Assembly: GCA_016844625.1 (NCBI GenBank)
Contig: JAERMN010000001.1
Coordinates: 1-37,805 of the forward strand
Length of the DNA stretch: 37,805 bases
Reading direction: 5' to 3'
Source: Deltaproteobacteria bacterium
Lineage (GTDB): Bacteria > Desulfobacterota > Binatia > UBA9968
Positions 1 through 8,154 of this stretch are shown here, in pieces (the first letter of the stretch is position 1; each line of letters begins with the position of its first letter). Position numbers and translations under genes: made by a program. The notes below the pieces were generated by a model. It had not been told where the DNA came from. It ran no database searches and saw only the letters and a program-made list of their open reading frames with translations.

Positions 1-83
1 TCAAGACTTGGTTCTGCAGTGCGCTATTCCACCGATCAGGAAGCGCGCGCAGGCGCCAACCGTCGGCGGAATAACTTCGGTAG

Positions 84-1205
84 TCAGCCAACGCGGCCAT
101 CGCTGACTCTTGGCTGAGTTTCATGGCGTAGCGCCGTTGCGATCGCCGCGCTCATTTGATCTTTATCGATCGACTTCATGCAGATCCGGCCAATGGTGCA
201 GTGACGCTTATAACAAGGCACACATGGAGCTTGACCGCGAATCACGAGATCGCCGAAGCCGTAGGGCCCAGTCCGTTCAGGATCGGTGGCGCCCCACAAG
301 GAGATCACCGGCGTGCCCACGGCGGCGGCGATATGCATCAAGCCGGTATCGGGGCCGACCGCTACTTTCGCTCGCTGAATGATACCGATCGCTTCGCGAA
401 GTGAAGTCTTTCCAGCCAAATTAGAAACTTGGCTCCTCGTGAGAACAGTGGCCGCTTGGGCCAAATTCTGATCCTCCTTGCTGCCGAGTAGGACAACATC
501 CAGTGAATATTCCGTGCCCAGTAGATCCACGCATGCGGCAATTTGCTCAGGGAACCACAGCTTACTTTGCCAACGCGCGCCGACGAAAAGCACGGCGAAA
601 GCAGGCTGGACCGCACCCAGGTGAAGGTCCACGGCGCGCTCTTCCTCTGCGTTAAGCGAGAACGACCACTCGATGGGCGCGCTTGGAACGCCGAGATACT
701 CGGCGAATTTAAGAAAGTGCTGGATCTTGGGAATGCCGTCACCGCACCGGTCAATCGAAAGATTATTGAACAACCAGTTGCCTTCTTTACTGTCGCCGCG
801 GTGAAAGCCCAGGCGCCGCGCCGCGCCGCTCGACCAGCTAACGACGCCGCTCTTTAAGTGACGCTGCAAATCGAGCACGAGATCGAAATGGTGTCCGCGC
901 ACGTCGGCTAAAAATCGCGGCAAGGTTCTCCACCACGCATGCCGATCGAAAAGTAGAATCCGATCGATGGCTGGGTTGCCTTGCAACAGCGGATAAGATG
1001 CCGGCTCCACCGACCAGGCGAGAAATGCCTCGGGAAACCCCTTACGCAAGAGGCTGGCCAGAGGCAACGCGCGAGTCACATCGCCGATGGAGCCGTGCAG
1101 CACAAGCAAAATTCTCTTCGCTTCAAACTTTGGCGTCCGCGCCTCCGTAATAAAAATCAAGAAACTGCTGCCAAGCCGCGGCTGAGAAATATTTGCGCTC
1201 AGCAT
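84..1205 (-). CDS. Glycosyltransferase family 9 (ADP-heptose:LPS heptosyltransferase-like)
   Basis: 373-aa ORF. It has the GT9-type N-terminus 'KRILLVLHGSIGDVTRALP' and the C-terminal donor-site motif 'GPDTGLMHIAAAVGTPVISLWG'. The ATG at 1205 overlaps the upstream gene by 83 nt, so the true start may be TTG 1109 or GTG 1103, just before 'ILLVL'. Confidence 0.85.
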   Translation of the reverse strand: MLSANISQPRLGSSFLIFITEARTPKFEAKRILLVLHGSIGDVTRALPLASLLRKGFPEAFLAWSVEPASYPLLQGNPAIDRILLFDRHAWWRTLPRFLADVRGHHFDLVLDLQRHLKSGVVSWSSGAARRLGFHRGDSKEGNWLFNNLSIDRCGDGIPKIQHFLKFAEYLGVPSAPIEWSFSLNAEEERAVDLHLGAVQPAFAVLFVGARWQSKLWFPEQIAACVDLLGTEYSLDVVLLGSKEDQNLAQAATVLTRSQVSNLAGKTSLREAIGIIQRAKVAVGPDTGLMHIAAAVGTPVISLWGATDPERTGPYGFGDLVIRGQAPCVPCYKRHCTIGRICMKSIDKDQMSAAIATALRHETQPRVSDGRVG

Positions 1206-1905
1206 CGAGCTTGCGAAGGGAACGCAACAAGCGGCGAAGATTTTTCTTGGCCAATTCGCTAGGCAGTTTGCCCAAAACCAGCTTGGCCTTGTCGAAATCG
1301 ATGATGTAGGAGACGACTTCCTTGCCTTCCATGCGCACGAGAATATTTTTTAAATTGAGATCGCTATGGTAAATGCCTTCCCGGTGCATGGCGCGAACGC
1401 TCACCGCGACCGCCTGCAAACTCGCTTGGAGACCGGCGCGCTCGATAAAGCCGCTTTGGAACGCCGCCCATAAATCGGCTGCGCCGCTAAGCTCCTTGCT
1501 CACCAGCCAGCCACGGTAAAACGGCCCGACGCCGCGGCTCACGCCCGCGGCATAAACCTCCACCGTGCGCACTCCCCGGCGGCGCAACTCTTCGGTGATA
1601 CTCAGCTCGCGAAACGGCCGGGGCGGCCAGGTAAAAAACCACGGCCCGGTGACCCCACGCAGCAAGCCGCCATGATGATATTGCCGAACCAACGCGGTCG
1701 CACCGTCGGATAATCGAATGGCGCTGAGCGCGCTGCGGCCATGGTAACGGGACTCAGCACGCCGATCCGGTTCATTGCGACATCGAGAAAAATCAATCTC
1801 GCGAGGACAATCGTTGCGCACCGCCATGCGATTGCCATTGCCGTCGGAAATTTTCTTAAAATTCGACGGCAACACGCCCCACCTCATATCCTCGGAAATC
1901 ATCAT
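1123..1905 (-). CDS. kdkA: 3-deoxy-D-manno-octulosonic acid (Kdo) kinase-like, lipopolysaccharide kinase family
   Basis: 260-aa ORF with 'LVRQYHHGGLL' (KdkA-type RxYxRGG-like box), the catalytic loop 'YHSDLNLKNILV' and 'IIDFDKA'. It sits between two GT9 genes. Confidence 0.7.
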   Translation of the reverse strand: MMISEDMRWGVLPSNFKKISDGNGNRMAVRNDCPREIDFSRCRNEPDRRAESRYHGRSALSAIRLSDGATALVRQYHHGGLLRGVTGPWFFTWPPRPFRELSITEELRRRGVRTVEVYAAGVSRGVGPFYRGWLVSKELSGAADLWAAFQSGFIERAGLQASLQAVAVSVRAMHREGIYHSDLNLKNILVRMEGKEVVSYIIDFDKAKLVLGKLPSELAKKNLRRLLRSLRKLDAERKYFSAAAWQQFLDFYYGGADAKV

Positions 1906-1949
1906 TGCGTGATCAGAACCATGCTGGTTCGAGCACCCCGGTTGAATCG

Positions 1950-3050
1950 CTAGACCGTGACGAACTCCGGCACAAAGCCGGTCACCGGCGCGTCCATGCT
2001 AGGCGGCGCGCGGTGAAACAATTTTTCAACGGCCTGTAGAACCATTTCGGGTTCGATCAGGCGGATGCAATCTTCGCTTGCCAACGGGCAACGCCGGCCG
2101 CCGTGCGGCGTACAAGGCCGGCAAGACAACTGTTTCTCGACGACGATGGCGTGCTCGCTATACGGATAAAATCCCAGAGCCGGCGTCGTGGCGCAAAACA
2201 CCGCCACAGTCGGCACCCGCCGCGCCACCGCGATATGCATCGGTCCGCTATCGTTGCTAATAAAGACTCGGCATCGGCCAATGGCCGCGGGCAACTCACG
2301 CAAGCTCATATGACCGACTAGGCTCGTCGCTGCGCTATCGCAACCCTCGACTATTTCATTGGCGACCGCGCCATCTTCAGCGCCGCCGAAAAGCACAACC
2401 TGGCAATCGAATTTTTGCCGCAGCATGAGAATTAGCCGAGCAAAACCATCGGCGGACCAGCGCTTGGTCGGCCAAACGGAACCCGGATTGATGCCAAAGA
2501 CCGGCTTACTCCCAAGGACACCCAAAGCGCGAAATTTCTCGTCCACTTGAGCTTGGACCTTTGGGCTCACCGGCAAAACAATTTCACGCTCGCACTGTTC
2601 AGGACGGACACCGAAGGCTTCGAGAATCGAAAGATTGCGTTCGACATCGTGGCGCGCGCCGTCGCGCAGAACTCGCTGGTGAAACAGAAACCAGCCGCGG
2701 CTTTGGCGAAAACCGACCCGGGTGGGAATACCGGCTAGATAGAGCATCAAGGCGCTGCGCCAAGACTTGTGTGGGGTCAGCGCCACAGTAAACTTCTTGG
2801 CCGAAAGCACCGCCGCTTGCGCGCGGAGTCCCTGCCAGCCGCGATCACCCCTCTTTTTATCATCGATAATTATTTCATCGATCACCGGATGATCTTGCAA
2901 AAGCTCCCGGCTCATCGGCTGGCAGAGCAGGGTCAATCGGCCAACCGGAAAACGCCGGCGCACTTCCGCGATGAGCGGCAAAGTCAATACCGTGTCGCCG
3001 AGAAAACTGGTCTGCAAAATTAACAGGTTTTTCCAGTTTGCCGCAACCAT
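1950..3050 (-). CDS. Glycosyltransferase family 9 (heptosyltransferase-like)
   Basis: 366-aa ORF with N-terminal 'NLLILQTSFLGDTVLTLP' and C-terminal 'SNDSGPMHIAVARRVPTVAVF', both typical of WaaC/WaaF-type enzymes. I cannot tell which heptosyltransferase it is. Confidence 0.85.
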   Translation of the reverse strand: MVAANWKNLLILQTSFLGDTVLTLPLIAEVRRRFPVGRLTLLCQPMSRELLQDHPVIDEIIIDDKKRGDRGWQGLRAQAAVLSAKKFTVALTPHKSWRSALMLYLAGIPTRVGFRQSRGWFLFHQRVLRDGARHDVERNLSILEAFGVRPEQCEREIVLPVSPKVQAQVDEKFRALGVLGSKPVFGINPGSVWPTKRWSADGFARLILMLRQKFDCQVVLFGGAEDGAVANEIVEGCDSAATSLVGHMSLRELPAAIGRCRVFISNDSGPMHIAVARRVPTVAVFCATTPALGFYPYSEHAIVVEKQLSCRPCTPHGGRRCPLASEDCIRLIEPEMVLQAVEKLFHRAPPSMDAPVTGFVPEFVTV

Positions 3051-3055
3051 CAGAA

Positions 3056-3223
3056 TTAGAAGTGTGTCGCCTCGTCGATCAACATGACGGGAATGTCATC
3101 TTTGATCGGGTACAGCAGCCGGCAGGTGTCGCAAATCAGCCCGTCGTTGGTTTGGTTAAGATGAATATCTCCCTTACATTTTGGACAAGCCAAGATATCC
3201 AAGAGATCTTTGCTAATTGACAT
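3056..3223 (-). CDS. Trm112/YcaR family small zinc-ribbon protein
   Basis: 'LLDILACPKCKG...LICDTCRLLYPIKDDIPVML' is the Trm112/UPF0434 pattern. I chose ATG 3223 because it is preceded by GAGGAGG with a 6-nt spacer; the ORF track extends to 3238. The E. coli homolog ycaR also sits next to lpxK. Confidence 0.8.
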   Translation of the reverse strand: MSISKDLLDILACPKCKGDIHLNQTNDGLICDTCRLLYPIKDDIPVMLIDEATHF

Positions 3224-3266
3224 GGATAGCCTCCTCAAGCGAAGTATCGCATCACAAAGTCAAACA

Positions 3267-4127
3267 TTAATGCTGGAAGGGTATGAGCCCATCCCAGCCA
3301 CGGCGGTAATCGCGCTGGCTTTGAGCCGCGTCGCGATTGACGAACGGGCGATGATACATCGGATGGCGCAAGCTCCGCACTTCATGTTCCAAAGTGAATT
3401 TCTTGCTACCATCCTGCGGATCGACGATATCTTTGAAGCGGAACTGATGATTGCGCACGTCCTCGGAAATCAATCCGCGGCGCTGCAGGAAACCGTAAGG
3501 TTTGGAAAAACTGGCGACGTAAACGGCAATATGGTGGCCATCGTACGGTCTCAAAGCTTTTTCCGTTTCGCGGAAAATTAACGACTGGTGCCGGCCAATC
3601 TTCACGGCGCCGAAGCTTCCTTGGGAATCCTTTTCCAGCACCACCGGCGCGGCAAAAACAGTCTGATAAAATCTAAGGATCCCCGCCATCGCACCCGTTG
3701 GGACCAAAAACTCGACGTAAGGCATTCCAAGTGTCATGTCACCAAAAGCGGTTTGACTGGCGTGGCAGCGATAGCGATTGCCCCACGGACAGGTGACGAG
3801 TAGGTGATCGCCATTTTGCTCGCAGGAAAACTTCGTGTCCTTCAATCCGTCCGCCACCGCCGCCAAGCGTTTCTCCAGCGCATTTAAATCCGGCGCCACT
3901 AGGCCGATGTAGCCGTCAATCACTTGTGGCTGGCGCGTCGGCAAGTGAAACTGCTGCTCGCCAACGTTGATCCACATGTTATTTAGACCGACGTTTAAAT
4001 AGGGATCGCGGGTGCCGCCCATGCCGACGACATAAAACAGCGTCGCCAACGCCTGGTCGGAAATCTGCACGTTTACATGCTCGAGAGAAATGATATTACC
4101 GACGTCTTCTTCGCTATAATCCGTCAT
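3267..4127 (-). CDS. Hypothetical protein, possible two-lobed VOC (glyoxalase/dioxygenase-fold) protein
   Basis: 286-aa ORF whose ATG is preceded by GAGGTG. 'LEHVNVQISDQALATLFYVVGMG' and a later 'HHIAVYVASFSKPYGFLQRRG' look like two VOC beta-alpha-beta-beta-beta modules. The function call is weak. Confidence 0.6.
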   Translation of the reverse strand: MTDYSEEDVGNIISLEHVNVQISDQALATLFYVVGMGGTRDPYLNVGLNNMWINVGEQQFHLPTRQPQVIDGYIGLVAPDLNALEKRLAAVADGLKDTKFSCEQNGDHLLVTCPWGNRYRCHASQTAFGDMTLGMPYVEFLVPTGAMAGILRFYQTVFAAPVVLEKDSQGSFGAVKIGRHQSLIFRETEKALRPYDGHHIAVYVASFSKPYGFLQRRGLISEDVRNHQFRFKDIVDPQDGSKKFTLEHEVRSLRHPMYHRPFVNRDAAQSQRDYRRGWDGLIPFQH

Positions 4128-4195
4128 GTTTCACCTCGAAATTGTGCCCGGTCGATTTTCTATCTCCAATACCGATACGACTGTGTGAGAACGAT

Positions 4196-5137
4196 TTAAG
4201 CTTTGAGCGAACCTATCCACTGCCACTGCGCAGCCAAACCCTGCTCCAAATCAACTTTTGGTGCGTATCCCAATTGGCTCCTCGCCCGGTCAAGCCGCGC
4301 GCTGGTGTGGCGCACGTCGCCAAGCTGGCGCTCGAAACGCTTGAGCTTCGCCTTACGAGCGGAAACTTTTTCAACTAATCCAATCGCATCTAGCAGCGAA
4401 ATTTCCGAGCCGCCGCCGAGATTGAAAGTTTCCCCCTGACCCGGATAAAGCGCGGCGCCAACGATACCGTCGACAATATCGGCACAGTAGGTGAAATCGC
4501 GGGTTTGCTTCCCGTCGTCGTAAAGCGGCACTTCGTCGCCGCGGAGAAGCGCGCCCATGAGAATATGAAAAAACATGTCAGGCCGTTGCCGCGGCCCATA
4601 GACGGTAAAGAATCGCAGCGCCACCGTCGGCACGCCGAAAGCCTTACTGTAGAGATGACAGAGATGTTCGGCGGCGAGCTTAGTCGCGCCGTAGGGTGAC
4701 ACCGGGCGGGTGCCGCCGTCTTCGCGCATCGGCAGATCGTCCGTGTCGCCGTACACCGAAGAGGTAGACGCGTAGACGAATTTGTTGAGTTTCACCCCCT
4801 TCGCCGCTTCGAGCAGAAGCTGGGTTGCCGCGATGTTGTTTTCCGTATAACGGCTAAACTCTTTACCCCAGCTCGAACGCACGCCAGGTTGGCCGGCGAG
4901 GTGAAAAACATAGGCAAGACCGCGCAGCTGAGCGGGCAAGTCGAGTTGCAGCAGATTGCTTTCGATGAAAGTAAAATTTGGATGATCGATAAAGCCGGCG
5001 AGATTTTGTTCTTTGAAACGGCGCGGGTAGTTGTCGAGATAGCTATCGACGCCCACGACTTCGTGGCCGGCCGCGAGTAGTTTCTCGGCCAGATGCGAAC
5101 CGATAAAACCCGCGACCCCCGTGATCAGCGACTTCAT
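4196..5137 (-). CDS. NAD-dependent nucleotide-sugar epimerase/dehydratase (extended SDR; UDP-glucuronate/UDP-hexose 4-epimerase-like)
   Basis: 'ITGVAGFIGSHL' Rossmann motif, 'SPYGATKLAAE' (YxxxK), and 'RFFTVYGPRQRPDM', which is typical of UDP-GlcA/Glc 4-epimerase relatives. An AGGAG precedes the ATG. Confidence 0.85.
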   Translation of the reverse strand: MKSLITGVAGFIGSHLAEKLLAAGHEVVGVDSYLDNYPRRFKEQNLAGFIDHPNFTFIESNLLQLDLPAQLRGLAYVFHLAGQPGVRSSWGKEFSRYTENNIAATQLLLEAAKGVKLNKFVYASTSSVYGDTDDLPMREDGGTRPVSPYGATKLAAEHLCHLYSKAFGVPTVALRFFTVYGPRQRPDMFFHILMGALLRGDEVPLYDDGKQTRDFTYCADIVDGIVGAALYPGQGETFNLGGGSEISLLDAIGLVEKVSARKAKLKRFERQLGDVRHTSARLDRARSQLGYAPKVDLEQGLAAQWQWIGSLKA

Positions 5138-5150
5138 GATTATCTTGCTC

Positions 5151-5729
5151 CTAATCCGTTTGTCCGGGCTGCGTCACAATCCAACGGGCTGCCTGCAACA
5201 GGTCACCAAACGCCGGCACAGCGTCTCCACCGTTATCTCGATCGATTGAAATGCCTTCGCGAATCAGAACTCCCTGCGCACCCACCGCCGCGGCGAGCTC
5301 CATATCGCTCGTGTGGTCGCCGACGACGTACGAACATGCCGGATTAAGCCCCAGCTCTCGCGCCGCCCGCTCGATCATTCCCGGATTTGGTTTGCGGCAA
5401 GTGCAGGCGGTTTTGTAAGCCCCGACACCTTCAGTCGGATGATGTGGGCAATAATAGATCGCGTCGTAAGATGCGTCCTCTGCGGCGAGTTTTTCATTTA
5501 GCGCCATGTGAATCGCGCTCAATCCCGCTTCACTTAATGCTCCGCGCGCCACCACCGACTGGTTGGTTACCACGACTAGTTTAAAACCCGCATCGCGGAA
5601 AAGGCGCAACGCCTCAGCGACGCCCGCCAGAACTTCGATCTGCTCGACACGACAGAGATGGTTAACATCGCGAATTAAGACGCCATCGCGGTCGAGAAAC
5701 ACCGCCGCGCCGGGCGCCGCCACCGTCAT
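5151..5729 (-). CDS. gmhB: D-glycero-D-manno-heptose 1,7-bisphosphate phosphatase (HAD-IIIA)
   Basis: 'VFLDRDGVLI' (DxD nucleophile motif), 'CTCRKPNPGM' and 'VVGDHTSDMELA'. Its start overlaps the lpxK stop by 4 nt. Confidence 0.85.
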   Translation of the reverse strand: MTVAAPGAAVFLDRDGVLIRDVNHLCRVEQIEVLAGVAEALRLFRDAGFKLVVVTNQSVVARGALSEAGLSAIHMALNEKLAAEDASYDAIYYCPHHPTEGVGAYKTACTCRKPNPGMIERAARELGLNPACSYVVGDHTSDMELAAAVGAQGVLIREGISIDRDNGGDAVPAFGDLLQAARWIVTQPGQTD

Positions 5730-6823
5730 CTAGTGGATCCTCGCGCATGTTCGAGCTTTTCGACGATCGCGCCGACTAACGCGTCGCCATTCTGCACCGT
5801 CATGGCGACACGCAACGCCAGAAGTTTATCTTTTGCAAAAGGAAAACGACAGAGCTTGAGAATATCTTTCTCGGTGGTGATGACCAAATCGACTAGACGC
5901 GCCATCCGGCTAATCTCTTGCCAGTCCCGCGCGGTGTACGAATGATGATCGGGGAATTCCAGGGTGTCGACGATTTCACCCTCCCACTCATGGATTTGCC
6001 GATAGAGACCGCGCGGATCGGCAATCCCGGTGACGGTTAAAATTTTACTATGGAAAAGCGAGGTCAAAGGAAATTCGCGAAAGCCTTGGCTGCTAACGCC
6101 GACCAAAGAAATCGGACTGAGCGAAGCCGTAAAGGAAGACACGGTATGATCGGCAGGGATGAACGAACGCCAGGCGGTGTTGCCGCCGGTGGTCAGCCAA
6201 AAATCGGCTCGCGCCAAATTCCGCTTCGGTTCGCGAAACGGTCCGGCTGGAAGCAACCAACCCGCGCTATCCTGGCCCAGGAGCAGCAGATCGATATCGC
6301 GTTTAACCCGCCGATGCTGAAAGCCATCGTCCAAAATAAAAACGTCGATATCCTGTTCACGCAACAATGACGCCGCGGCCTGGGCCCGATCCCGGCTGAC
6401 ACCGACGGTTTGCCCGTACAGTCGCGCCATCATCAACGGCTCGTCACCGGCGCTTTGCACCTCGTTGGTCTGGTCGAGATTCGATGTCACCGCGCCGTTT
6501 GGCCGTAGTATGACCGGAGCGGTTGCTTTTCTCTTATAGCCGCGGCTAAGGATACCGACCTTAAAACCGCGGCGAGTCAGTTCTTGCGCCAACCATAAAC
6601 AGGTCGGGGTTTTTCCCGTGCCGCCCACCGTCAGGTTACCGACGCTGATCACCGGCCGGGGCAATCGCACCGATCTTAGCCAACCGCGCGCGAACAGGAA
6701 ATTACGCAATTGAACGGCGCTACGATAGATCGCCGCGGCCGGTAACAGCGCGCACCATAATAATTTGCCACCGACATCCCTGCGTTCCCAGACATCGCGA
6801 ATCGATAATTCCATGGACGTCAA
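5726..6823 (-). CDS. lpxK: Tetraacyldisaccharide 4'-kinase
   Basis: 365-aa ORF with an N-terminal hydrophobic helix, then the P-loop 'GNLTVGGTGKTP'. Lipid A gene context. Confidence 0.9.
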   Translation of the reverse strand: MTSMELSIRDVWERRDVGGKLLWCALLPAAAIYRSAVQLRNFLFARGWLRSVRLPRPVISVGNLTVGGTGKTPTCLWLAQELTRRGFKVGILSRGYKRKATAPVILRPNGAVTSNLDQTNEVQSAGDEPLMMARLYGQTVGVSRDRAQAAASLLREQDIDVFILDDGFQHRRVKRDIDLLLLGQDSAGWLLPAGPFREPKRNLARADFWLTTGGNTAWRSFIPADHTVSSFTASLSPISLVGVSSQGFREFPLTSLFHSKILTVTGIADPRGLYRQIHEWEGEIVDTLEFPDHHSYTARDWQEISRMARLVDLVITTEKDILKLCRFPFAKDKLLALRVAMTVQNGDALVGAIVEKLEHARGSTR

Positions 6824-6872
6824 TCGGCAGGAATGAGAATCGACCGACGCTTACTCACCAAGCCTCGGGCGA

Positions 6873-8141
6873 TCATAAATAACGCTCCGCCAAACGCCAG
6901 TTGAGCGTCAACGCTTGCTGATCGGCGCCGGCGAACTCGGCGGCCGCCCGCCCCATGGTTCGGCGTTTCTCGCCATCCGCCAATAAACCTGTCACCGCTC
7001 TGGCCAAGTCCTCAACGCCGCGCACCTCGATGGCAGCGCCGGCTCGTTTCAGCGCGCCAGCAATCTCGGCGAAATTGCCCATATGCGGACCAAAAAGTAT
7101 CGCCTTACCGAAGCGCGCCGGTTCGAGAACGTTGTGGCCGCCGACGGGCACTAGACTGCCGCCGACGAAAGCGATATCCGCCAGAGCGTAAAAATCAGCC
7201 AGCTCACCGACGGTATCGAGCAGCAAGATATCCTTACTAAACCATTCCGCTTTGTCTGTTGCGCTTCTCAGTTGAACCGTAAAGCCGCTGCCACGCAAAA
7301 GCCGCGCAACCTCGGCGAATCGTTCGGGGTGACGCGGCGCTACAATCAGTGACAGGTTGGGAAACTGCGGGCGGGCCAAGCGCAAGGCTTCGAGTAAGAT
7401 CGCTTCTTCGCCGTCATGGCAACTGCCGGCAACCAGCCACAATTTTTCGCCTCGCGCTACCGAGGCGATACCGTCACGGTTGTCGTTGCGGCTCGGCGCG
7501 GCCAACTTCAAATTGCCCACCACGGAAACCTTACGGGCGTCGGCGCCGAGAGAGACGATTCGGGCGGCGTCCTCCGAAGACTGCATGCCCATCGCGGTGA
7601 AGCAGCCGAGCACGCCACGAAAAAACTTCTGGCAGAGCGTATACTGGGTTAGCGCCTTGGCCGACAACCGGCCGCTGAGCAGCAAAACCGGTGTGCCGCG
7701 CCGATGGGCCTGGCGCAGCAAATTGGGCCAAATTTCGGTCTCAATGATCACCAACAGCGCCGGATTGAAGCGACGAAGCGCGCGCCGCACGATCCAGAAA
7801 AAATCGAGGGGCAAGAAAATTACCGTATCGACGTCAGCCATTTGCTTGGCGATGCGATTCCCCGTGGCGGTAAAAGTGGACAGGAGGATTTTTTTTTTCG
7901 GCGCGTGCGCCTTCAATACACCGATTAACGGCTCAGCCGAACGCACTTCACCCACCGAAGCCGCATGAATCCACACCGGTCTGTCGTTGGCCGATAACCC
8001 GCCGCGATCACTTGGGTAGAGTCCCAAACGCTGTAAGAGACCATCACGGTAGCGCGAACCCAGACAAGCGATCAACGGCAAGAACGGCAAGCCCATCACC
8101 AAGACCGTGCTGATAAGAACGTTGTAAAACTTGTACCCCAC
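6873..8141 (-). CDS. waaA: 3-deoxy-D-manno-octulosonic acid transferase (Kdo transferase)
   Basis: 'WIHAASVGEV' signature and a GT30 C-terminal domain. The ORF track extends to 8339, but that part overlaps msbA. GTG 8141, 13 nt after the msbA stop, gives the expected N-terminal membrane helix 'YKFYNVLISTVLVMGLPFLPL'. Confidence 0.88.
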   Translation of the reverse strand: MGYKFYNVLISTVLVMGLPFLPLIACLGSRYRDGLLQRLGLYPSDRGGLSANDRPVWIHAASVGEVRSAEPLIGVLKAHAPKKKILLSTFTATGNRIAKQMADVDTVIFLPLDFFWIVRRALRRFNPALLVIIETEIWPNLLRQAHRRGTPVLLLSGRLSAKALTQYTLCQKFFRGVLGCFTAMGMQSSEDAARIVSLGADARKVSVVGNLKLAAPSRNDNRDGIASVARGEKLWLVAGSCHDGEEAILLEALRLARPQFPNLSLIVAPRHPERFAEVARLLRGSGFTVQLRSATDKAEWFSKDILLLDTVGELADFYALADIAFVGGSLVPVGGHNVLEPARFGKAILFGPHMGNFAEIAGALKRAGAAIEVRGVEDLARAVTGLLADGEKRRTMGRAAAEFAGADQQALTLNWRLAERYL

Positions 8142-8154
8142 ACGCGAATTCAAG

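Noticed and set aside
4196-5137. The SDR epimerase as ADP-L-glycero-D-manno-heptose 6-epimerase (HldD/RfaD), given its position next to gmhB and heptosyltransferases
   Set aside because: Its sequence features ('RFFTVYGPRQRPDM' and the overall pattern) fit UDP-hexose/UDP-glucuronate 4-epimerase relatives better than my recollection of HldD ('FRYFNVYGPRE'). It is therefore left as a generic nucleotide-sugar epimerase.
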